A stretch of DNA of 64,000 bases from Pseudovirgaria hyperparasitica (lineage: Eukaryota), in NCBI GenBank assembly GCA_010093815.1, contig ML996572.1; one strand, written 5' to 3'. The notes under the pieces were generated by a model. The model worked only from the letters and a program-made list of their open reading frames with translations, was not told the origin of the DNA and made no database searches. This document shows, one piece after another, positions 9,538 to 21,500 of this stretch (positions within the stretch are counted from its first letter, which is position 1; each line of letters begins with the position of its first letter). Made by a program: the position numbers and the translations under genes.

Positions 9538-12500
9538 TCAAATCTCAAATTTCTTCCATCCCTCCACGAGCCCATCACCGGCTTTTGTCACAATCGCCCA
9601 GTTCGGTAGGAAGCGCCATATTTCCTCCAGTGCGGGGATTGCGCCTTGGGCGTTTGCATCGGCGTATAGACAGACAACGTGGCCTGAAAGTCCAGTGTTT
9701 TTGGACTGCGACGATTGTTTTACCAGGCCGTCATACGTCATTACTGCATGCTCGCCATTACCTGTCATGTCTGTCGTGCTGGACACAGTATCCCATGCCA
9801 CGCTCACGTTCCACTGAGCGTGGAAAGTTCGACTCCACAATCTGACTTCGCGTGCGCCATTCTCGCCCACGGGAGAAAAGCGCGAGTCAGATGCTGCGTT
9901 GGCGATATGCAGTGATTTGACGGGCGTGTCGAAGTAAATGCGGCAGTTCTTCGTGTCAAGAGCTGAGATGTAAAAGGTAGCAGTATTCTTGCCGCCTGTG
10001 GTTTCGATGTCGAAGTTGAACCATTTGGACTCATAGCTCCGGCGACTGTGGATGGCTGAGATATTGGATGGGAGTGTGACCGGGTGTGCAGGTAGACCGG
10101 GCCAAATACAACTCGTCAGACCGTTGCGCGAGCTGGTGTATGCATCAGACGATGTGCAGTTTATGTCATGTCCGCTCGCACTGGGGAGGTTAGAGATTGC
10201 TGCTTCGACGAAGGGTTGTGCGCCGGTCAGTGAAACTGATGTAGCGCCGGTGTCGCAGTCAACGCGCTGGAGGAAGAAAAGTTTGAGGCGATTGTTTGGC
10301 GAGAACGGAAACGCAACGAGATTATATGCTAACGTGCCAATCAGGATCAACAGGAGGAATGTAGGGAAGTGGTAATGGAAGCGGTGTAGGAAGGGTGTGA
10401 TTGGGATCAGTAGGAGGACGGTGAGGATGGCAATGAAGAGGTAGACGGCTAGAATGGAGCTGCCGTCTGCTCCAGTCTGGTGCAGACCCGCGGTGATGGT
10501 CAAGGCTATCTGTCCAATAAGGACGATATTTATAGGCCCGAGGAGGAGAAATTGAAGGAGCCAGACAGAGCTTGGGAGTTTGCAGCTCCAAGGCTGCTCT
10601 TCACCATAGGCTCCACGCATTTCAGCGGGCGGTCGATCGTCACTTGTGGTCTCTGAAACGTCCTGAGAAGCACGGCGAGAGCCATAACGTGCAAAGGATT
10701 GACGATCATTTTGTAGCAATGATGTCGTCTCAGTAGCGTCGTCGTCATGTTCTGTGGACCCATGATTGGATCTATGGTTGGTACCTGAGGTCGGAGGTCG
10801 ACTATCCGGGCCATTACCATCCATTAGTGCTACGTAGTCTGCCTTCTTTGGCAGAGCAAACATCTCGAGGAAGGACAGTAGCAGCGCGATAGAGACGCTT
10901 GCAAAGTATATGACGAGGAAGTAACCTCCTGCAAGATGGAAATTGTTCTCGCTGATAGTGGCAAGGACTAACAGCGCAAAGGATGCAATGTAGATCCATA
11001 GCAATGCGTATATGCGCTGCAATGCCGTGGGCCGCATCTCATCAGAGGCTCGAAGACCCATCCATGCGACGAAGAACCAGGCCGCAATCATGGAGGCCCA
11101 TACTGAGTACTCGCTGCTGTATGCGATCAGTGGGTTTACCTTGGCATATAGGTATGCAAGGGCTATGGTAGCTGCGGTAGCTATAGCAATCGTCATCGGA
11201 TATCGGAAAAAACCTCGAATTCCATTGAAAGAGATGAAGTGATCATCGTTCGAGGAGTGTACCCATCCGCGGCGAGCCCACAGATACATTTTGTCAGCCC
11301 GTGACAAGAAGATTGTGAGAACGATGAACATGATCGGTGTAACCACAAGAAGCGTGACAGACCAAGCAAAGAGGGTATGCAATTCAAAGACTGCAAGTAC
11401 TTGAGTGAAGAGATCGAAGTAGACAACCCTGCTTCCGTCGCCTGCTTTGACTTTTCCATCTTCTGGCTGCCCGCTAAAATGGTCGCTGGTATCTGAGACC
11501 ATTGCTTTCACAGTGCCGAGTGAGGCCGAAAGCATGTTCCAGACTGACTGCTTGGACGTCTCAATCGTTGAGTCCTGCATCGTATGATACTTTGCTCTTG
11601 GCTCGAAGAAGGCAACATCAAGGCCTCTGAGGCCGAGATCGCCATTGAACACGACATAATCAGTCTGACTGCGGATAGCGCCTTGTTCAAAACCGTCTGC
11701 CGTGACGACGGTACCAAAAGGGTTCTTGGCTTTCTTGTAGAATCTCGCAACTTCAGTATCTGTAGCACGGAACAGGATAGCCTTACCTCCCGCTCCGGCT
11801 CCTTCGAGGTTCAAAAATGTATGCGGCGTTTGCGAAACAGGATGCCGCATGAAAGCCCGTGCTCCATTGAGGTAGTCTTCCTCCCCGTTGTTTAGTAAGA
11901 GAACTAGGCATCTGGTTGGCTCGTTGCCTGGTGTAGTGAAATAAGAGAGTAGCTGGAGAATGGTGACAATCCCGACACCATCATCAGTGGCTCCAAATCC
12001 GGTTGAGACAGAGTCAAAATGAGCGTTCACGAGGACGCCTCCTTTAACTTTCTTAGCATCGCTTGAGGCATTGTCCTGATAACAGTGGCCTTCATCATCA
12101 GTGCCCTTGATCGACACTATGATGTTACTTCCTTCAAAGTAAACGCTCAAGCTATCTCTCGAAGAGGTAACGTTCGATCCAAGATCGTCAATCACTATGA
12201 CAGAGCTCAAATCGGTTCTCTTCGTAGAAGTGACACCATCGATCCTGTCTCTCTCGACAGCGAAGCTTGCCTTGTTGGTCGTGAGAATCTCAGAGATCCG
12301 ATCCAGGAGGAAAGTTCTTGCATCGTCGTTCGCTTTGCTGTTATATGGGTGATAGTATGAAGTCAAGTTTTGAAGGTCATTCCAGGCTGCTGTGAGATCG
12401 ACTCCTTCCGGGTACTTGGATGGAGTCGAAGGCAGTATATAGTGATTCACAATGAGGACAGCGAACAATCCAATGTATATGATCGAAGTGAAAAAGGTCA

Positions 12501-12543
12501 CCGGGACAGGCGTAAAAGAAAAGGGATTCCCAAAGCGAGCCAT
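9538..12543 (-). CDS. PFF1: Vacuolar membrane protease, peptidase M28 family
   Basis: 1001-aa ORF with VLVNAHFDSV, GATDDGVG, NNGEEDYLNGA, FLNLEGAGAGG, RSQTDY and YHT motifs, followed by multiple TM helices. Confidence 0.92.
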   Translation of the reverse strand: MARFGNPFSFTPVPVTFFTSIIYIGLFAVLIVNHYILPSTPSKYPEGVDLTAAWNDLQNLTSYYHPYNSKANDDARTFLLDRISEILTTNKASFAVERDRIDGVTSTKRTDLSSVIVIDDLGSNVTSSRDSLSVYFEGSNIIVSIKGTDDEGHCYQDNASSDAKKVKGGVLVNAHFDSVSTGFGATDDGVGIVTILQLLSYFTTPGNEPTRCLVLLLNNGEEDYLNGARAFMRHPVSQTPHTFLNLEGAGAGGKAILFRATDTEVARFYKKAKNPFGTVVTADGFEQGAIRSQTDYVVFNGDLGLRGLDVAFFEPRAKYHTMQDSTIETSKQSVWNMLSASLGTVKAMVSDTSDHFSGQPEDGKVKAGDGSRVVYFDLFTQVLAVFELHTLFAWSVTLLVVTPIMFIVLTIFLSRADKMYLWARRGWVHSSNDDHFISFNGIRGFFRYPMTIAIATAATIALAYLYAKVNPLIAYSSEYSVWASMIAAWFFVAWMGLRASDEMRPTALQRIYALLWIYIASFALLVLATISENNFHLAGGYFLVIYFASVSIALLLSFLEMFALPKKADYVALMDGNGPDSRPPTSGTNHRSNHGSTEHDDDATETTSLLQNDRQSFARYGSRRASQDVSETTSDDRPPAEMRGAYGEEQPWSCKLPSSVWLLQFLLLGPINIVLIGQIALTITAGLHQTGADGSSILAVYLFIAILTVLLLIPITPFLHRFHYHFPTFLLLILIGTLAYNLVAFPFSPNNRLKLFFLQRVDCDTGATSVSLTGAQPFVEAAISNLPSASGHDINCTSSDAYTSSRNGLTSCIWPGLPAHPVTLPSNISAIHSRRSYESKWFNFDIETTGGKNTATFYISALDTKNCRIYFDTPVKSLHIANAASDSRFSPVGENGAREVRLWSRTFHAQWNVSVAWDTVSSTTDMTGNGEHAVMTYDGLVKQSSQSKNTGLSGHVVCLYADANAQGAIPALEEIWRFLPNWAIVTKAGDGLVEGWKKFEI

Positions 12544-12970
12544 TGGAGAGAGAGTCGATTGGTGCTTGGCAGGCCAATGACGCGACGCGTAGCGAAGTAA
12601 GTGTGAGGTCGTGATCGTGACGACTACTGTTGTGGTCGAGATGTCCTCATCACGCAGCCAAATCTCGGGTTTCTACGAGTACAGCTGGACGTCGAATTGC
12701 CGTCACCACGTTTTGAAGCCTGAATGGAGGAGAAAGAAGAGTTGAGCGAGAGGAAAGCAGGGAAGTTGCAACAGATCCGGAGAAGATCCCATGACGACCT
12801 GCCTGCCGCCCCGCTTTGGGAATAGCGCGAAAATTGATCCGGCCCCACTGTGTCTTGGCGATGAAACAATTATAGTGACGACGACAACACTTTCAATCAT
12901 ACACTTCTGCTTTGTTCTATCGTCTCACACACACACCAAGCTTTGATTATGGCTGACTAATTGACTGCCG

Positions 12971-13600
12971 ATGTTGTTACCAATAGCGACTACGTCTATC
13001 CACGGGAGGAGGCTTAGCCTGTCACATTTGATAGAAACACTAAACACTCTAATGGCGCCCAAGCTCCCCGACATTTCTGATGTACCTCAGAAATATTCAG
13101 ATTGCTGCCTGAGTATTTCGCAGATCCTCCTTGATCAAGTCTATTCGCTCGTATTACTTCCGACCACCCTTCTGTCGATTGGCTCCGGCACAGGACTGCT
13201 CGAAGCTCTTCTGCAGAAACACCATCCGGAACTGAACGTCGAAGGCGTAGAAGTGCGTTCGGCGTCAAACCTGGTACAGTACCTTTTCACAGATGCTTTA
13301 AACACTGTCTCTGGGACATGGGACTTGTCGAATAGGGCGCTCGAAGCCGGAGCTTGGATGTTCGTGTACCCGAGAGAACCAAAACTCATCCAGCAATATC
13401 TCGAGCATCGCAGCAACGGCATCGTGAAGCTGGTCATGTGGCTAGGTCCAGTCGTGGACTGGAAAGACTACGAAGCCATCTTTTCTCAGGCTCAGCAAGA
13501 GCAGCGATGGTCGAGAGTCAATGTCCGCAATGGCGCAGATGCTGGTTTGGTAGCGTATGAGATGATGGCTTGGATGACGAGGAACGATTCTATCTCATAG
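12971..13600 (+). CDS. Small SAM-dependent methyltransferase-like protein (true start may be ATG 13052)
   Basis: Motif I-like LLSIGSGTGLLEALL followed by VEGVEV; WMFVYPR and WLGP..DW segments. Confidence 0.7.
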   Translation: MLLPIATTSIHGRRLSLSHLIETLNTLMAPKLPDISDVPQKYSDCCLSISQILLDQVYSLVLLPTTLLSIGSGTGLLEALLQKHHPELNVEGVEVRSASNLVQYLFTDALNTVSGTWDLSNRALEAGAWMFVYPREPKLIQQYLEHRSNGIVKLVMWLGPVVDWKDYEAIFSQAQQEQRWSRVNVRNGADAGLVAYEMMAWMTRNDSIS

Positions 13601-13612
13601 TGAAATGTTCGC

Positions 13613-15637
13613 TCAAGATCCACCTAAGTCACCACTTGCTGCATCCTTGATAGTTTTGTAGGTGAAAAAAGTCGGAAGTTTGGATGGAGCATGCCGAAGA
13701 GAGCTCTTTTCAGGCTGAGAACGCGCCGAGTTGCAACGTTCGACCTTCTTCAGCTTACTCCGAGATCGCATCGGAAAAGTCATGATCGAGCTCCCATCTG
13801 GCTTTGTTGGTGACTGTGCTAGGACCCTGCGAAAGAAGGGCATCTTGATCGTCCGATTTATTGGGGTGTCCGAGCTCTCTGGAACTGGCAATGGAGTTTC
13901 CATCCATTCGTATCGATGGCCGACTACTGCAGGCAATGGGGGTGGTATTGATGCCGCGGGTTGCTCTCCACTCTGCGCACCTGATGGGAAAATTGTGATT
14001 GTTGAGGTGTTCGAGAACTTTCGTGCAAGCGTGCTGGGGTCGAAGAACATTTCCGATGGAACAACGCTCTTTGTCGTTGTCCTGTTCGACAAATAGGATT
14101 CTGCATGCACCAGAACAGGACGCATCTTGGGACCAGGATTTAACTTTAATGTAGCCTGATCTCTTATTTCCTCTTCGATCAGCTTCAAAATGTCCCACGT
14201 GGGAGATTCTTCTTCGTCTTCTTCTTCTTCTTCATCTTCTTCGCCAACTTCCGCATCCCCGTCTGCTGCTGGCTTCAACATTTCATGTCCTTGTTTCTCT
14301 GCTAGTGTGGTGGTACCATCGTACACCATCGGCTGGAGGTAAACCAGAGGTGAATCTGGCCGTTCTGGGGGTGACCTAGATGGCATCGGAGGCACTGGTG
14401 GTGGTGTTGATGACATTGGAGGCCGCATCATGTTTGGCCAGTTCATTTCCCCATATGTCGTAGGTCTAGAATAAATACTTGATGCGCGGAACGCCTTCTC
14501 AGTCCAAACACGACACAATTCTTCCTCTTCGGGCTCATTAATCTTCTCAGGTCTCACCGTCTCAACGCTGCGGCAGTCAGCGCTACTATCATCTTCAACC
14601 TCGTCTTCAAGATGCTCATTTTCCCCAATACTCTTTACCTCGTCTTCAAGATGCTCATTTTTCTCCATACTCTTCACGTCGTCTTCAAGATGCTCATTCT
14701 CCCCCATACTCTTAGTCTCGTCTTCGTCGCCACCAAAATCCGGCACCCCAAACAACCTCCCCTCAGGTACACCCCTGATCCTCACCTCCCCAAGTTCCAT
14801 TCCCTTCTCCATCCCACTCCACGCATCCTCACACCGTGCCGCATTCCACCGTACATCCACCTCCCTAAGCACAAAATCGAACCTCTCCCCCCAATAATCC
14901 CACTCCACACACTCGTTCCCTCTTCTAGGCCCCCACTCCCTCTGCATTCTCCTCATCCAAGCCCCACACTCCACAAAACTCTGCCTCGCAGCCCCATACT
15001 CTCCAAGCGCATACTCCACCGTCCCCAACAAGAATTGACACAGTGGATCCGCCCGATTGAGCAGCCATCCGCGCGCAAACGCTGTGCGCGCGCTGCCGTG
15101 CTCTCCTGTCCGCATGTACAGAAGCCCGATGTTGGCCCAGAGCTGCGCCCGCATCATGTAGTGGTCGCTGCCGTGGGCGCGTGTGAGTAGGGATAGGAAG
15201 GCTTGTCGCGCGCTTGGGATGGCTCCGTTGCGTGCGCGTGTGAGGGCGGAGGCCCAGCGTTGGGTGATTTCAGTACGGGTTAGTGGGGGGAGGGGGGTTG
15301 CTGGAAGGGGTTTGTCGTGTAGGTGTGTCACTGGAATGGGAGGGCAGAGATGGGGTGGTGGGCGTGGTGGACGAGGAGGTGGGATTGTTGAGCGCGGCGG
15401 GTGAGCATCTGCTTGTCGTGATAGGGGGGGTGGAGGAGGCGGTCTCCACGATAAGACAGGAAACGGTGTCTCCGTCGAAAGCTGTTTGAATGCGTCAAGC
15501 CGTCTCTGTTGGGTACTTAGTTGAGGAACGAGGGCTTCAGGCTCGATTCCAAACCCAAGGGACGAATTTATAAGAACAGGGTATGATATGACTGAGAGCT
15601 TCTCATCTTTGGGCTTTGACGAGCTGAAGAGGCCCAT
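13613..15637 (-). CDS. TPR protein resembling the NoxR/p67phox N-terminal domain, with Pro-rich and acidic extensions
   Basis: LWANIGLLYMRTGEH..A..F, FLLGTVEYALGEY..A...F, DYWGERFDFVL...DV.WN and IRGVPEGRLF parallel the NoxR TPR/activation region as recalled. Confidence 0.6.
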   Translation of the reverse strand: MGLFSSSKPKDEKLSVISYPVLINSSLGFGIEPEALVPQLSTQQRRLDAFKQLSTETPFPVLSWRPPPPPPLSRQADAHPPRSTIPPPRPPRPPPHLCPPIPVTHLHDKPLPATPLPPLTRTEITQRWASALTRARNGAIPSARQAFLSLLTRAHGSDHYMMRAQLWANIGLLYMRTGEHGSARTAFARGWLLNRADPLCQFLLGTVEYALGEYGAARQSFVECGAWMRRMQREWGPRRGNECVEWDYWGERFDFVLREVDVRWNAARCEDAWSGMEKGMELGEVRIRGVPEGRLFGVPDFGGDEDETKSMGENEHLEDDVKSMEKNEHLEDEVKSIGENEHLEDEVEDDSSADCRSVETVRPEKINEPEEEELCRVWTEKAFRASSIYSRPTTYGEMNWPNMMRPPMSSTPPPVPPMPSRSPPERPDSPLVYLQPMVYDGTTTLAEKQGHEMLKPAADGDAEVGEEDEEEEEDEEESPTWDILKLIEEEIRDQATLKLNPGPKMRPVLVHAESYLSNRTTTKSVVPSEMFFDPSTLARKFSNTSTITIFPSGAQSGEQPAASIPPPLPAVVGHRYEWMETPLPVPESSDTPINRTIKMPFFRRVLAQSPTKPDGSSIMTFPMRSRSKLKKVERCNSARSQPEKSSLRHAPSKLPTFFTYKTIKDAASGDLGGS
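14601..14724 (-). repeat. Three 39-bp in-frame tandem repeats (K-S-[MI]-x-x-N-E-H-L-E-D-[DE]-V)
   Basis: TCGTCTTCAAGATGCTCATT recurs at 14601, 14640 and 14679. Confidence 0.9.
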
Positions 15638-16266
15638 GTTGGCAACTTTCTTCCGCAGTTTGTGTGATGATGGAGGTGGTTAGGTATGTCATAGTGCCTA
15701 GACCTGGAGATATGATATGGCCTAGATGCGTTGTCATTGAAAGTGGCTGTGTGGAAGCCGTGGAATGGTGACTGCTTTCGTGAAGGATAGAATAGGTCAC
15801 GACGTGATATCACGACGTTTAAGTGCTGTTCGCAAATCATAGAAAGAATAGTCTGCTGCTCAGTGAGCTGTATGAAGCCGCATCAAGAAGACTTAAGGAG
15901 TCTTGTCTGCTGCTCAGCATGCGATGTGAAGCAACATCTTAGGGGCCTTGTACATTCTGATATGCGCGTGCTTGTCAGCTGCTCGACTTGATGACAGTGG
16001 GATGACAGAATGGCATGATTGGCGGTGAATGATATCGAATATGAAATGGCAAGCGTTCGTGTGAAAAGACTGAAGTAACCGAGATTTAAGCCTTTCACGA
16101 ATGAGTTCATGCTGATTTAGCGGTCAGACGTCTGTAGGTGTCGATGTAAGACGTAAATAAATTTTTGTTCTCTTCGGAGCGGCGACGTAGCGTGAGCGGT
16201 TCATCCGTTAGACTCTACACCATCGAATTTTTCTCGTCTCTGTTACTGGAATGCTTAAGTACAGTG

Positions 16267-18199
16267 TCATGCTTCAGTCTCAGCGGTAGCGGTTTTCGAC
16301 TTCCTCGATCGCTTCTTTTTCTTCTTCCCATCTACTCCAGCCGTATCTTCCCCGTCAAGCTTCTTCACTTTAGTCTTCTCAGGCACACTATTGCTTGAGC
16401 CTGAATTTTTGTTAAATAGCTGCTCAAAACCACCAGATGGCTCGTCCTCAGTGCCAAATGTGTCTTTGCGCCACTGCCGCAGACGCGCCTTTTTGCTGAG
16501 ATACTTCTTGTCTTTTTGTTTCTTTTCCGTGTCGCGAAAAGCGTGTAGTTTTTTCAGTCCGGCAAATTGATTAAGGTCGGCGTCGGACGCAAGGAGGATA
16601 TCGCGGGCAGTGAGTCCGAAATTTTTTGGTGAAGTCTCCCGGTAGCGGAACGAGGTTGGCTTATTGGTTTTGCTAGAAGTTGCTCTTGCATCGAAATTTT
16701 GCTCCACCAAATTCTCAATAATACGACGATCGCGGCGTGCACTTCTTTTGGCCTCTTCCTTCTCCTTCATCCGCTCCTTCTTTGAGTGCTTCTTTTTGGA
16801 GGTAGCGGCCTTGCCTGCTTCTTCATCCAGTTCCTCTGCTACATCAACCGGTTCATCATCTGTAAAGTCTGGCACAATATCCTTAATATCGATATCGTCG
16901 TCCCACGTCGGCTTCTTTGCCTTCTTTTTCTTCTTACTGCTCGTTTCCTGCTCATTGGCTGATCCGTCGAGATCGTCCGCTTCGTAGTACTCATCGCCGA
17001 ACCTTCGTTGCATTTCTTCCTCCCATTGCTTATCATCGAAGTCGGCATCCAGCACGTCGGCCCATTGCTCTATTTCGAAGGCTTTCCCATGCGCACCAGC
17101 AGACTGCCGGATCTGTCTTACTTTGCGTTCCATTTCATCTGCCTTCAGTTTCTTCAATCGAGACTTCTCCTCGTCTCTTTCGAGCTTCTCCGCATCTTTC
17201 CTCGCACGCTCAGCCTGCCTCGCTTTTTGTCTACCAGAGAGATCTTCGCGCCGCACGGAATATTTGGCTATAATATCACGAGAGTGAGACTGTAGGGTGA
17301 CGTTGGATTTTTTGGGATCCTCGAATCGGCGGTTGTAAGCCTCTTCGAACTTGTCCGCACGCTCTAGCTCTTCGTCGTCATCAGAATCGAAAGGCTGAAA
17401 ACGGGAAGGCGAAGTCGTCCTCCAAGCGTTCGAAGCAAGGAAATTGGAAAGAAAGGTTTCAGGGTCTTTGTCAGCCTCCTTGACGTCAAGTTTTGTATCT
17501 ATCCTCTTCGGGGCCGACATCGTAGGTTCGGGCTTGGACTTTCGCACGAGGAAGCCCTCGTCGCCTTCTGATTCCTCGTTGCCCTCCTCTCCAGCAGCAT
17601 GCATTTGCTTGACGATGTCGTCCTTCAACTGTTGTTGTTCTTGGGCGTACGTTTTTGGCGTATCTTCTTCCTCGGGGTCTTGGTCGAACTTGCCCTCGAG
17701 CAGGTTTTTACGATGGTAGTCTTGGAGGTGCATGGGTTTCTCTTTTTTGCCTCCGTTGGGCTGCTTCGGGACGACGATCTCTTCTGAAAAGAAGTGCGCG
17801 TTCGTGTCGTAAATCTTGGGATCTTTTGCCTTTATAGCTTGAATAGTTGCGAGAATATCATTGTCAACGTTTTCATTGATCAGTTCTCCCTCATCGTCGT
17901 CTTCTGAACTCGATTCATCGTCAGAGTCAGCTTCCACAGGGCCGTATTTTTCTTCCACTGTCCCGGATCAGTCTTGCGCGCACAAATACGCAAATGTTCT
18001 AGGTCCGCTTACATCGCTGCTTCTCCTCGCGCTTTTTGTTGTGTTCAAATCTAGCGGCATACTCCTTGTTAATGCTGAATCCATTGCTGGGATTTTGGTC
18101 TTCGTCGCCGCTCTCCGCAGAAGAATCATCGTCAAGAATCCTAGCGCGTTTCGCTGTACGGTCTTCCGCAACGAATTCTGTGTGATCTCGTTTACCCAT
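16267..18199 (-). CDS. KRI1: Kri1, 40S ribosome biogenesis protein
   Basis: Exon 1 MGKRD..FSINKEYAARFEHNKKREE, intron 18012-17958, exon 2 LEEKYG..AIKAKDPKIYD..FEEAYNRRFEDP..FRYRETSPKNFGLTARDILLASDADLNQFAGLKKL. Confidence 0.95.
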
Positions 18200-18549
18200 G
18201 GTGGCCAGATTCCAGATATAGCCGCCTGTATGCCTTGCTTCGTGTGGTTCAAGACTTTTTCTTGAGAGAGCGAGCAGAGAGGATGCTAAGATTTTCGATG
18301 AAATGTGCAGCCAAATTTTTGGCGGGTCTGTGCGCACGGGCCACTATTGTGTAGGTACCACTGGCACCAGGTACGTCGTTGGCTTACTGTATTGGGGTGC
18401 CGTTGTGAACGAAGGTTTAGGGAATATTGTCTTTGATCGGACAACAACAAAGCACTCGCCTAATATCTCTCGATACCACTTGTTTGCGCCTCCTCTAGCT
18501 CTCATATACTAACCCAATGATTACCTCGTATATTCCGCGATAATTCTAA

Positions 18550-21500
18550 ATGGCTGAAGAGCAGCCACTCGTACCAGCTATAGCACCCGTGGAGCAACCG
18601 TTGAACCTCATGTAACATTCTCCTATGAACCATGCGTATGAGCAGTCCACTGACAAAATTATCGTAAACAGTCCCGTAGTTCTCAAGGAAGCAGCTCTTG
18701 ACAGCCCAACATTCCGCGCTACCGCCGTCCATTTTGGAGAACAAGTTGAGATCATTGAGAAATGGCTGGATAGCTATGTGAAGTCAGCCAGCAGACTCTC
18801 GTCAGAAGCATCTTCCCTTGAGAATCTTGTCAACACCTTCCTGTCAAACGCAACACCACCACAGCAAGTGTCCGAAGCTGTCCTCGATCATGACTACACC
18901 GTTCTCGCTCTCAAGCGATATGGCGAGGGAGCAAGAGAGTTTTGGTCGTACACGCTCCGGGGCATGAAACGGATTGAGACTGCTGTGGTAGAACCGATAC
19001 GCGCATTTCTGTCGAGCGAGATCAAGGGACTCAAGGAATGTCGAAAGACGTTGGACGCTGCCCAGAAGAATTTCGACTTGGTGATTGCGAGGTATGCCAG
19101 CCAAGCTAAGACAAAGGAGCCATCTTCGTTAAGAGAAGATGCGTTCCAGCTTCATGAAGCTCGAAAAGCGTATTTGAAAGCGTCAATGGACTTCTGTGTA
19201 GTCGCCCCGCAAGTACGTGGTAATCTCGACAAGCTCTTAGTAAGGCTATTTTCAGATCAGTGGCGCGAGATGAAATCTTCGAGAGATTCAACAGTTGGTG
19301 CTTTCTCGAAGTGGACGAGCGATATGGAAAGGGTCCGTGGATGGAGCCGTGAGATGGAGAATGGCGAGCGATTATTCAAGAGAGAGCTATTTCTAGCTCG
19401 GAGACAAATCGAAAGTAGCGCGGAGGGTGCTGTCAAACCATCTCGAGAGCTTGATGACTATGCCATATCGACCGTTCCGTATCTCGGCTCCCAGGCCGCG
19501 TCGACCGCAAATCTTCAGACCCCCGGCGGGCCCCCGAAAGCTACAAATGATTCCGGTGAAAAACAAAGCTGGCTCTTTCAACGAACAACCACTGGTAAGC
19601 CGGCAAGAACCATGTGGGTCAGAAGGTGGTATTTCGTAAAAAACGGCATCTTTGGATGGTTGTCACAAGGTGGCAAGTCGGGTGCTGTCGAAGAGTCAGA
19701 AAAGATCGGTGTTCTATTATGCAGTATTCGTCCCGCCGTCCAGGAAGAACGTCGTTTCTGCTTCGAGGTGAAAACGAAGGATACGTCGATACTACTCCAA
19801 GCCGAAACGCAGATTGAACTCATGGAGTGGATTAATGCTTTCGATGTCGCCAAGAGGAAGGCCCTAGAGGACCCTGCAAGCACTGACAATATATCATCGC
19901 ACAATGTTGATGCCGCATTTGCCATAAGTCCTCCGGTTGCCCCAGAATTTGCAGCTAAGGTCACAGAGGGTCATGCCTCTTCGCTCAGTGATGACATCCA
20001 GGGGTTGGATCGAAGTGGCACTCTGACCGTCGATAGCGGCAATCCCCTAGTGAATCATGCTGCCAGCTTCGACATCTCTCGCCGGTTGACTGAGCGTGAT
20101 GGCGAAAGCAGCAGTCGAGACCATGCAACGAGGATCATCCAAAGACTAGATTTGCATCGACGAACCACAGCCTCACCACAACTCTCCAGTACACCTACAG
20201 CGCCGGCAGGGGGTATTGCAAGTCTGATATCCGCAAGTCATAATATTCTACCTGTAGGTCCTGCAACGCCTCAGGTCCCCGCTACTCCAGACACTCGTAT
20301 CAACATGGGTAGTGAAATTTCTATAAGTACTCTCGCGCCTTCAACACTGGCTAATCCTCCGGCTCCAACCAATCTGAGCAAGACGGCTGTGATTGTTAGT
20401 GGGGAAAGGGGTGTAGGGCTTGGTAAGTCTGAAGGTGGTATGCCTAGTGGAATAATGGCCAATCTTTGGGGTTCCACAAACTGGGGCTATGTGAACAGAC
20501 TCGAACGAGGCGAGCTCAAAGCACAACATAGTCCATCAGCCTCGACTAAGCCATCTCCTATGACAGTGGCAGCAGAGGACAACTCTCTACCCGAAATACC
20601 TGCAGCTGCTTTGGTTCCTGGAATCACACCAGACACGCAATCTGGTCCAGCCCACCGTAAAGCTGCTAGCGTTGGCGACAGCGTTGGAAGAGTGCCTCCT
20701 CCAGCATTAGTCTCGAATGATGACTTCCCGAACTACTATCCTCTGCCACTCAAGGCACAAGATGCCCAATTCCGAATTCTGTTCCCTAACACTCCCAAAG
20801 ATGAAAGAGTCGTACTTGTGTTCCGAGCTGTGTGGAATCCCACTGACCAACAAGAATTTCCCGGTCGAGTCTACGTAACAACAAAGGAGATATATTTCTA
20901 CAGCAATCACCTTGGGCTTATTCTCATCACCGGCGTCAACCTCACAACGATCGACGAGGTGACAGGAGCACCAGGGAAAGACTGCGATTTTCTCTATCTT
21001 CATTTCAAGGATGCGGCTCGGCAGAATGGTGCTGTTCGCTTGACCATAAAGACTTTCCTGGAGCCCCTGAGACTCCTACAGAAGCGGTTGGATTTCTTAG
21101 TACAAAATGCCAATTCAGTGCAGCCCGAGTCAATTGAAGACGTTCTCAGGAAATTGATCAGGTTTGAGATGCACGACTCCAATGGCGATGAGCCAGACCA
21201 TGACAGCTGGGAAGATGTGTCGATCAACACTCCTGTTGATGGACCTACGAATCGGCGTCTTCAGGATCTGAAAACGAGACTTAGAATTGATGGCAATTTG
21301 TTCGAGAACGGCCAAGGTTCTGGTGTTGGCCGAAGCGCGTCAAAATTCAAATTGCCCTCACAGCCCGTGATATACACGCCGATAGGAATGACTGAGCAGG
21401 CGGTGGAGAAGGTGTACGATATCAGTGCAAAGTCACTGTTTCATGTATTGTTCGGTGACAAGAGTGCAGTCTTTCAGATGGTTTACAAGGACAGATTCGC

